Positions 54,430-64,000 of a stretch of 64,000 nucleotides of DNA are shown here, in pieces (positions within the stretch are counted from its first letter, which is position 1; every line of letters begins with the position of its first letter). The notes under the pieces were generated by a model, which worked only from the letters and a program-made list of their open reading frames with translations, had not been told where the DNA came from and ran no database searches. The position numbers were made by a program, and so were the translations under genes. This stretch comes from Macrostomum lignano (taxonomy: Eukaryota), in the NCBI GenBank assembly GCA_002269645.1, contig NIVC01003480.1:1-64000 (forward strand), in the 5' to 3' direction.

Positions 54430-55045
54430 AATAAAAACGGGGGGATTGCTGAGATGCCAAGGCTCGCATGGGGAATTGTTGAGATGCCAATGCTCACGGG
54501 GGGATTGTTGAGATGACAAGCCTCACGGGGGGAATTGTTAAGATGCCAATGCTCACGGGGGAATTGTTGAGATGCCAAGGCTCACGAGGGGGTAGTTGAG
54601 ATGCCAATTCTCACGAAGGGAATCGTTGAGATGCCAATGCTCACGGGGGGGAATCGTTGAGATGCCAATGCTCATGGGGGGAATCGTTGAGATGCCAATG
54701 CTCACGGGGGGAATCGTTAAGATGCCAATGCTCACGGGGGGAGGAATCGTTAAGATGCCAATGCTCACGGGGGAGGAATCGTTGAGATGCCAATGCTCTC
54801 GGGGGAATCGTTAAGATGCCAATGCTCACGGGGGGAATCGTTGAGATGCCAATGCTCACGGGGGGAATCGTTAAGATGCCAATGCTCACGGGGGGGGGGA
54901 ATCGTTGAGATGCCAATGCTCACGGGGGGGGGAATCGTTGAGATGCCAATGCTCACGGGGGGAGGAATCGTTGAGATGCCAATGCTCTCGGGGGGAATCG
55001 TTGAGATGCCAATGCTCACGGGGTGGATTGTTGAGATGCCAAAGG
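54430..55045. repeat. About 30-33-bp minisatellite (GTTGAGATGCCAATGCTCACGGGGGGAATC)
   Basis: About 20 units with variable G-runs. Confidence 0.92.
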
Positions 55046-55897
55046 TAAAGTTGAAGCTGCTGGTAGGTCATGCACTCAGATAGAGAGATTTAAGGTTATG
55101 CTTAGGCAATGGCTTAAGAGGAGATGCTGAGATTCTAAGACTCAAAGGGGATGCTGATGTCTAGCTGGCTTTTAGGAGTCAAGCTTTTTTAATTTAAAAC
55201 ATCGAAATCCTTATGAAATCAACAGTAGTCTTATACTACTCCCGTACTTCTTCAAAAACTTCTACTTCTTCTGCAACCGCAGTATTACATGTAGATCTCT
55301 TTCGTTTTCGGTAATCTCTGATGGTCACTTGCCATCTTATGCTATGCGCATGTTGGAGGGTAGTTGACACTTTTTATCCGCCATTTCCTAGTCAAAATAC
55401 ATTTCGGATAGAAGAAGCATACAATCAAAAATTGGCTCAATCGAAAGTGTGGTGCATGCATAGTGCGCCCAACAGCTGTAAATAAATTGTACATTAATAT
55501 TAATGTCGTTAGATCGGGTTTCAAGACTGCCATGAGATGCTAGATGTAATCGTCCATGCATTGCGATATGAAATCCATACGCAGACTCTAAGCATGCAGC
55601 GATGTTGAAAGGATTCGATCTCATGGTAATTTAATCGCATATTATATTTGTTGCTAACTAGCTAATTAATTTATCCGGTGCGGAATACTGCAGTCTACTT
55701 GTACATGCATATCTCAACAGGTAGCTAAAATGTCACTGCACAAAATGCACTGTATGAGCGCTCAGTCAATATGCAATTAGCTCAGTTACTAAATTAAAGA
55801 CACAGAAAGTCATTCACGCACCTCAGTTGTCCATGACAATGACCCTGATACATGATCGGGCAACCAATACTATATTGTACCGATACTATATGAATGC

Positions 55898-56204
55898 AAT
55901 AATAATTATTATTTTTATTACACCTGCCCTAATAGGCAGATGTGCAACCAACAGCTCAGCCGCAGCTATTGCGCGGCGCATCTGAAGGCTGCGTACGGCT
56001 GTTCAGTCCAAGGACTGGGGGGTCGCTACACACATCTTTAATTACACCAGCTAATGCTGGCACCCATTTTACAGCTGGGTGAACTGAAGCAATGCAGAGT
56101 TAAGTATCTTGCTCAAGGACACAAATTGTTCCGAGTGAGTCAAGAATCGAGCCCCCGACCATTCAGTCGTGATTCCGACGGTCTAGCCACTAGGCTACAT
56201 CCCC
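55898..56204 (-). mobile_element. tRNA-derived CORE-SINE, full length
   Basis: Minus strand: A-box TAGCCTAGTGG, B-box-like GGGCTCGATTC, CORE-like TGTGTCCTTGAGCAAGATACTTAAC...CAGCTGTAAAATGGG, A/AAT-rich tail. Confidence 0.85.
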
Positions 56205-57512
56205 TTGTTCTACAGTTCAATTGTTAGTGCATGTAAGATATCGCATTGAAAACCTGCGCAACCTGAAGCACTGCATGTCTGTCTCGCCTCGCTATGACGC
56301 CAGAATTATGATTTTAATCTCCGGTGCTCAACCAGATTACATCGGAAATAAAAATGGTGAGAAGAAAAATACAGCTATAGATTTCTTATCGATGCAGTCA
56401 CACCCGGGTCATGATTATGCATGCAGCAGCGCAATGGCCAGAAACTGCCAATATGTGACGCATAAAGGACCTCGGCGTTTTAATGAAGCTGCACTGTACA
56501 AGGGGTTCATAAGCTCAAGATTCTCCGTCCTTGAAAGACAGAATCTTTCACGAGCTGGATATTTCATACAATCGATTTCGTTTAAGTTGTTCTAGTGACC
56601 CGACAAACGTTTGCCAGCTTGTGAAGTTTTGTATGGATTGTGACCTTTCTACTCGTATTATTTTTTATTAGAGGCCGGGGGCTGGTGTGCACCTTGCGCA
56701 CTTTAAACGATTGTAGGCCAACCGGCGAGAGGCATTACTTATTGCCCCGCATTCCGCCGACTCCCCTGAACCGGCAAACAAGCGCGCAGATACATGTACG
56801 TACGCAATCATACGGCCATAGGCACACACTCAAACAGGTGGGTACAGCGCGCGGCCCTTATTTTTATTTATTACATGTACTAACTAACGAAGTAAGGGCT
56901 TACTGTGCCTTGGAAGTTGGCCCTCTAGGGCGTTAATTGCACGAGCAGAGCCAAGCCAAGATTCCAATATATTTAGCCCCCTGCAAATTAAACTTGTACT
57001 GCAGTTTTTTGGCTCCCCCAACGGGGGGCGCTGATTGCTAGTAATGATTCTCAAGCCTTTTTCAACATGGATAAACCTTTATTTTTTCAACAAGAGGCCT
57101 TGCTTAACTCGGGGAGGTGGGGAAGTGGGACATCGTCATCCGAGCTCGTACATGTATTGCTCAAACAAACTACATGTAACTAGTTTGTGTAATTGTTACT
57201 TTATAAATTAATATTTAAAAAAATTATATCAACTTATTTTTAATATTTCTACATTTGTATTTCTAAATTGGTTTTTAACTTTTTGTTTATCTATTTAAAA
57301 TGTCTGCTTTAAATTGGTCTTTTTTGTTAAATTAATATTGTGGTAGGCGAGGCCTCTGCACTATTCCGACTGAATGTAATGTTATTTCCTCTGTGTGGAT
57401 TACGCATGCTGACGTCATTTCCCTGCGTGGAAATCCCCCCTCTCTTTTCCTCTAAGTGTGTTTTCGGGAACTCACTCCCCGTAACTTTGTTTTACTGTGC
57501 TTTGAATAGGCT

Positions 57513-57610
57513 AGGGTTACACCCGATGTTTAATCGTCACCACCCCGCGGTGTACCCGATCATTTCCATTGCGTGTACACTCGACTCTAATTCCCACCCG
57601 GTGTAACCCT
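57513..57610. mobile_element. Possible about 100-bp mini-MITE
   Basis: AGGGTTACACC / GGTGTAACCCT inverted ends; TSD unclear. Confidence 0.4.
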
Positions 57611-58323
57611 TTCCTCCCAGTGGCTCATGAGAGCGTTACTTATTAAGAGTCTGCAGCCCCTCCTCTCCCGGCTAGACTATCGTTTGGACCCTACCCCGAC
57701 CGTTAGGACCTAGCAGACTCTTTTGCAGCCCAAAATACGAGGGGACCCTACCTGCACTGTAAGCCCAGCATCCAGACCCGGCCAGCTAATTTAGCATAAT
57801 TATAATAATAGTTAATTGCTTACAGTGCGTTTTTTAATCCGTTTAGTGGAATAATAATAATATTCAGCCATCTGGCCAAGTATCCGGCCTATTTAACCTT
57901 GTGTGTTTGAAACGGTGTCTTTAGCCTTCGTGACCTCGGAAGCTTTTATTTGACCCTCGGTGGTCTCAAGAGAAGTTCTAGGGCAAATTCGAGCAATTTT
58001 GAGCTTTAGAGCTTTTCCCGCGAATATCCGCGTTGGTGGCAGCGAACTACTACTTACAGTAACACTCTCGACAAATTAGTTTATCTTAAGTTTCCCGTAT
58101 CGGCTAATTTCTGCATTCGGTATTCTGATTGTCGGAAAAACTAGACTGCTCAGCTGCGACCACAGCTACCCTCCCCCTGAGCTTGAGGAACTTAGCAGCC
58201 GGAGCTCCCCTTCATCTGCAAGCCGAGATCTTCGCCCGAGTTTGTTTGAATTCTCGGAAACCGCACCAATTTGAACAGCTGAAAAGCAAACGAAATCCAA
58301 GCCAGCTAGCACATTCGTCATGA

Positions 58324-60684
58324 CACGCATTTGTTTCCCGATCGATATTCAGATTGATATTCGAAAATTAACAAAATCTCTGCTCTGCAAAAATATTTTA
58401 GAACGCCGTTTGACAGGAAAAAAAGTGCAACTAAGAACATTGCAAAAATAAAGTTTCAGCTCGATCCGCCCCTCTGACTCGAAATGGCACCGATTTTCGA
58501 TGTGCTCCTATTTAAAATACATGTGATTTTATAAGGCAGATCGATATTCGAGTTCGCTCACTTTGGCTTGACCGTTCAACATGAAATTTTATCTGTTCGA
58601 GCTGCCAAAACTTATTTTCGTTCTGAACGAACGAAGCAACTGCAAATTACGTAGAGAATTTAAGCAGCGCTTTTTTAATTTTACGAGTACATCTAGACTG
58701 TTTCTTAAAGCATACTAGGTAATCGTATAGGAATTACGAATCGTGCATCTCATCGTTCGTGCAATCGCACAGTTTTTATTGTTATAATTTTCTTTACAAA
58801 CTCTCATACTCCATCAGCCAGGTGCGGATCCAGGAATTTCTTGAGTGGGGCCTAATGCAATGCTCGATCACCGAGGGCCTTGGGGCCGGATTGGAAGGGC
58901 CGGATCTGGCCTTGGGGCCGAGGGCTGTTGACCCCCTGCTATAAGTCTTAATTTATAAGTAAGTTAATTAATTCTCATATAGCTCCAAGTCCCAAACAAC
59001 GTTGTTGCCTTCATGCGTAAAATTTATGAGAAAGAAATAACGTTTCCTATTAAAATAGAACAAAACTTCTGGAAGGAACGTTTTCAACCTCGTTCTGATC
59101 CCCAGATTTGTGGCTTTTTTCTGTTTTCGGTGATTTATGGCCGTCTAGCTGTCACTTTTGGCTCCAGCCTGTCTAGGTCAAAGAGGTCTTTCCAGCTTTC
59201 TCCCCACTCACTCTGTTGCTTTCTCCTTGGATTTATGGGCGTTTTGCTGTCACTTTTGGCGCCAGGATGTCTAGACAAGTGACTTTTATTAAGTTTTGCT
59301 TATGATTTATGACCGCACCTGTCAACTTCCCTGGGGTCTAAAGGCCACCTGGTGGGGTGGGTTTTGGGGTCTTGAGCTCAGCTAATCAGAGTCGACCTGA
59401 CTGCCCCCGGCTCGACCAATCAGAAAATTCGGCGCCTATTTTAACAAAAGCTCTCAGCCAATCGGAAAATTCGGCGTGCGTTATAACAAATCGGCCGCGT
59501 GAGAGCTATAAAAGGCGGCAACTCGACCCGCGCTCGAGTAACCCGCCTCCTCCGGGACCTTCCCTGCCCTGCTGCTTCCTCTTCTGGTCCTGCCGACCTG
59601 ATCCCCCTTTCCCCGGCAGTTTCGGCTTCAACAGCTAAGTTCCCCTGAGAAGCATCATCAATATCTCCCGGCGGTGATCTAAGAGCAGCAACGACTATCG
59701 GCAAGCGAAGAGCAGCGGCGGCAATCGTCAGTCAAGATCAGCAACAGCATCCCATCTGAGCGCTTCGGTCTCTGTGGATTCCTTGGCTACCGGCAGATAG
59801 GTCCTCTGATTGGTTTGGTTTTAGACAGCTAAAAGACACTAGATGGCAGGTAAGTGCAGTGCCCCTCTAGTCGGAAGTCCGATTCCGACAGCTCCGGTTT
59901 GGTGAGCCAGGGCGCACGGACTGGTGGCAGCGAGTTTGTTAATCCGCGGGTTAGCTAATTTCTACCTTTCAAATTCTCCCTGCTTGTCTCTTGCTGTCTT
60001 CGCCTAGCTATAGGACCTTGCTGCTCGCCCACAATCTAGCTACCATGGGGATGACCATCTGACAGGAGTGAGAGGCCAGAGCTCTTAGTGATTCATTTCT
60101 GAGTTCTGAGGCCCGAAGCTACAGGCTTAAAAAGGCCGAACCCATCAGGAGCACATCGAAAATCGGTGCCATTTCGAGTTAGAGTGACGGATCGATCTGA
60201 AACTGTATATTTATCGGTTTCTTAGTTGCACTTTTTAGTGTGTAAAATTTCATGTTGAATGGTCAAGCCAAAGTGAGCGAATTCGAATATCGATCTGCCT
60301 TATAAAATCACATGTATTTTAAATAGGAGCACATCGAAAATCGGTGCCATTTCGAGTCAGAGTGACGGATCGATCTGAAACTGTATATTTATCAGTTTCT
60401 GGTTTGCACTTTTTAGTGTGTAAAATTTAATGTTGAATGGTTAAGCCAAAGTGAGCGAACTCGAATATCGATCTACCTTATAAAATCACATGTATTTTAA
60501 ATAGGAGCACATCGAAAATCGGTGCCATTTCGAGTCAGAGGGGCGGATCGAGCTGAAACTTTTTTTTGCCATGTTCTAAGTTGCACTTTTTATGTCAAAC
60601 GGCGTTCTAAAATATTTTTGCAGAGCAAAGATTTTGTTAATTTTCGAATATCAATCTAAATATAGATCGGGAAACAAATGCGTA
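58324..60684. mobile_element. Non-autonomous TIR element, about 2.36 kb, with about 265-bp TIRs; inner part of the right TIR is triplicated (about 178-bp units)
   Basis: 58324-58590 is the reverse complement of about 60420-60684; GGAGCACATCGAAAATCGGTGCC recurs at about 60147, 60326 and 60504; no TSD or transposase ORF found. Confidence 0.8.
59410..59520 (+). promoter_or_regulatory. Pol II promoter-like module (two CCAAT boxes plus TATAAAA) inside the TIR element
   Basis: CCAAT at 59416 and 59458 within a duplicated CCAATC.GAAAATTCGGCG motif; TATAAAA at 59507-59513; downstream CAG/GTAAGT at 59850 and polypyrimidine-AG at 60007. Confidence 0.5.
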
Positions 60685-63189
60685 CAATTTTATGCATTAT
60701 GTTTTGTTGTAACTTTTGCTAAAAAATGACTTGCATGCATATTGATCTAAAAAAGTGCAGATGGACGAGTTGCATCCAGTGCAAAAAAGTGGGTGCAAAT
60801 CCAAATTTAAGGGTGTAAATTACACCCTATTTGCATAAAAAACCCTGCTTTAAAGAGAGAGATTTAAACCCCCCATCCTCAATATATTGTGTATGATATC
60901 ATGATGGTGAAAATATTATCAGATTGTAGGCTACTAGTACCTACAGCTGAATATCTGAACTATGAATGAATTAATTTTCAGTCAGTGTATGTAATTTTCG
61001 AGCAAGTGTGGCTTCAGGCTTAGCATTAATAATTTCACTTAACATCTTTCTAAGTGTCCAAATGAATAAACTAATGTTGCAAAATGACTTTGCTAGGAAT
61101 ACTTCTGAAGAATTTAATTGTCCAACTCCCATACATCGCCATAGGCCATCATAGGCATAAATATGCAATTTTTTAGAAAGCCAAAGTCTTTCATTTGTTG
61201 GATATGATTTTTACACCTAGGCCCCTAATCCAAGACCAAGAGTCCAAGACTAAGTCCAAAATCAAATTTGAGTATTTGATTTTGAAAAATAGCAATGTCA
61301 CAATTATTGATATAATAGACCTAGTCTAAGTTATAGCCATAGGGCCTATTCAAACCTTAAATAAAATATATTAAAGATTAACATTGTGGGTTAGGGCTGG
61401 CTAAGGGCATTCTTTCGTTTTAGAAGACTCTCTATGTATCAAATAGGAAGCTGGCAGTTTCAAAAAAGAAGACCCACCTAAAACATAGGAAGCTGCTCAC
61501 ATATTGTTGTCTATTATTTTGTTTGTTTATTCTTAATGGCTTTGTGTGTCCTTTATTACAGTTTATATTACAGTTTCGTTTAAAAAACCGTCAAGCTACT
61601 ATTTCATTGAAGGTCTTCCAAAACGAAGGTAGTAGGGGTGGCAGCAACAAAAGCTGCAGAAACGTAGGGTTTAGATGATTTGTTTTCCTGTGTTGGCCTT
61701 GGGTACATTTTCTATGAATGTCTGACATATACAGTTTCGTTTTAAAAGACTGGCCAGTTGAGGTGTAGAACTTTTGCCACGCTTTCATTTTGTTAGTGAA
61801 TGCTCGTTTTTTGATTGATTTCTTCCCCTTTTTTATGGGTCTTCCATTACAAAAGTCACACATTTTTGGGTCTTTTATAACGAAAGAATGCCTGGCTAAG
61901 TATATATGACAAACTTTTCTTAATCTATGAATCAATAATCTGACAAAGGCAATCAAGTGTTTCTTTTATTTTCTAACTTAATTTAGTTGTTTAAGCACCA
62001 GGTCATCTTCTTGATTCAAAATATTTTGTTTTCTAGACTTTTTGTTAAAACTACAGATATTGCTATGGGAACTACAGCAATATGGTAATATTGGGGTCCC
62101 TATGACTATAGAATATGGAGAATTGGAATAAGCCATAGTTTTGCTTATGGCTATGGCTACAATACATGGACCCTCCTTATGGCAAAACATTAGTCTTAAG
62201 TTGTAGAAAAAATATAGTTACATAAATAATGTAGTTACTAAGCTTTGGGCAATGTTAGGCTAGGGAATCAAGATATCTATCACTAATTTTATATATAGGA
62301 ATATTCAAACTTTTTGCACTCTTTATTATATAAAAAATAACAACTTTGCTATTTTTCCTAAATAAATATGAATCTAAAAACAAAAAAATTATATATATTA
62401 TAAACAAAATATTTTGGTTATAAAGATTTGCATTATTTATTTTGTATAGGGGCCTAAGTTAAATTATCTTATACTTCTTAACTTTTCTTAATAAAACTTT
62501 GCTAACATAATAACAAAAACGTCTTCTATAATGAAAAGATAAGAAATAAAAAGGCTTAATTCATTTTGGAACTAATAAATGACTAGTGTTTTGTCATTCC
62601 TGGTAATATTCATCTTTTTACTATGGATATCTATATTATAAGTATTATAAATAGCAAGTAAAGTGATTTTTCATTTTGTCATAGCATATAGTAACTATAC
62701 TGTAATCTTTTTAAATATAGTAAGCTTCTTTGTATTTTTTGTTTATAACTAGTTTTTTCATCATTGATCTATGTTGCTATTTTAAAATTAATTAATTAAT
62801 TCTTTCTTTTTTGATAATTCAAAACTCAAAACTAAGTATAGTAATCTATAGGAAGATATTCAAATTTTTACATTTCCATAGTTAGCCATAGGAGCAATTA
62901 TTTTCTATAGGTATATTCATAGCTGCTACAGCCATACAGGTATTTATTTTATTATAATTGCTATAGTATTGGTATACAGCCATAGCCATAATTATTGTAA
63001 AACATTAGAATGGACTGTTTGGTTTGGACTAAGGTTATTAATCAGATGTTGGATGTATGCTTAATAGTATTAGTTTTTTTGGGTGGTTGATTGAATATAA
63101 GTAAGAAAGTTATAAATAAAATAATAGAATGGGACCTAAAAAGATAGTTTCAAATGGAGCTAGGAAGGAATAGAGCTCTATTCTAAAAT

Positions 63190-63515
63190 GACTTTGATAA
63201 GTTTAGAAGCCCAAGTTTGCAGCATAAAAAAACTTGCTAATTGGTTCAGCCATAATGTACATTAGCCAGTCCACTGAAATGTACATGGCTGCTTTAGGAT
63301 GGAATTCCGAGAAAAGGCAATAAAAATTGAAGCTGGATGGGGGTAGGGTGGAATGGCGCGGTTGGAGGGTTTCAGCTGGGGGGTAAGAGCCCATAAAATG
63401 AGCCTTGGCTTTAAAAATACATAAAAATTCTTTCTGTTTAACTTACTACTGAACTGAAAGTAGCTTACACGCAAATGTGCTGAGTGGCCCATCTAGCTAT
63501 TCTAGTATCTGTGGA
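63190..63515. mobile_element. Dispersed repeat, inverted copy of 6385-6630
   Basis: Shared GAAAGTAGCTTACACGCAAATGTGCTGAGTGGCC and TAATGTACATTAGCCAGTCCACTGAAATGTACATGGC blocks. Confidence 0.75.
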
Positions 63516-63562
63516 CAGGATTCAAATCTCCATCCCATGGAATTTAGATCCCTTATACTCGT

Positions 63563-64000
63563 ATGTCAACAATATTTGATTTCCAGGCGCGCAAGGTGTC
63601 CCAAGAGGCAGCCTGCTATCGCCTATCCCAGGTAGCTGGCTACGCGGGTTGCCGTAACGACCTGATCTACGCCTGCCATCCATCCAGTCGCCAGGCTGGC
63701 TGTCCGGACCAGCTGATTGTGTACTTTGGCGGCGATGTGCAAGACTACGTCGAATGTATGGACAGTCATGGCGACAATTGCAAATATCGACAATGGAATT
63801 TAGAAGCCACCGCCAGATTATTATTAACTAGATTTGGGCGCAACAATTCTGAAGTGTTTGTAGTTCGGCCTAAGCGAATGGAATCTGGCACGTACAGTGT
63901 GTACTCTAATTTTGTTGATAAATGGTCCGAGACTGACGGGGCGCCCGTGTTCGACCATCCCTATCGGCCGGATGGCGGTGGGCGCGCTGTGCGGCATTTA
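63563..64000 (+). CDS. C2orf69: C2orf69/UPF0565-family protein, 5' portion (open to window end; start is ATG 63563 or the splice acceptor at 63586)
   Basis: Translation ...LSQVAGYAGCRNDLI...IVYFGGDVQDYVECMDSH.DN..YRQWNLEATA.LL..RF...VFVVRPKRM...YSVYSNFV...GAP matches the family YFPGDVQ / WSLE / YDNFV / GAP pattern; absent from the ORF track because there is no stop codon. Confidence 0.85.
   Translation, partial: MSTIFDFQARKVSQEAACYRLSQVAGYAGCRNDLIYACHPSSRQAGCPDQLIVYFGGDVQDYVECMDSHGDNCKYRQWNLEATARLLLTRFGRNNSEVFVVRPKRMESGTYSVYSNFVDKWSETDGAPVFDHPYRPDGGGRAVRHL

Noticed and set aside
56120-56204. tRNA gene
   Set aside because: A and B boxes continue into a CORE domain and A-rich tail with no proper cloverleaf acceptor stem; it is a SINE head.
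59300-60146. Confident solo-LTR call
   Set aside because: No matching TG...CA termini or TSD found, and the PBS-like motif does not directly follow a CA; kept only as a hypothesis.
61591-62190. AT-rich minus-strand ORFs (121 aa and 70 aa) with a CxxC
   Set aside because: Composition unlike the GC-rich exons here, no recognisable domain or splice support; possibly decayed transposon sequence.

Overview
Eukaryotic (metazoan) genomic DNA with GC-rich exons and introns packed with minisatellites, MITEs and retroelement fragments. The intron style, (TTAGGG)n and the chloride-channel type suggest a lophotrochozoan, most likely a free-living flatworm such as Macrostomum; this is inference only. Six protein-coding loci were assembled by hand from GT-AG splice sites and reading phase: ADAM10/kuzbanian (-, carrying several 1-nt frameshifts), WDR76/CMR1 (-), ABCB6/HMT-1 (+), an intronless 249-aa Cys-rich orphan ORF (+), an anion-selective Cys-loop receptor of GluCl/GlyR type (+), and the 5' part of a C2orf69 homologue (+, runs off the window). 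Mobile DNA includes an internally deleted Tc1-like element, a 2-kb CCC...GGG TIR element with a spliced cargo ORF, a hAT MITE family with 8-bp TSDs, a foldback/MULE-like element with a 9-bp TSD, RTE and RNase H-bearing LINE fragments, a CORE-SINE, and a 2.4-kb TIR element enclosing a promoter-like module. No CRISPR array, rRNA or genuine tRNA gene was seen. Family names come from motif recognition, not database searches. Repeat boundaries are approximate.
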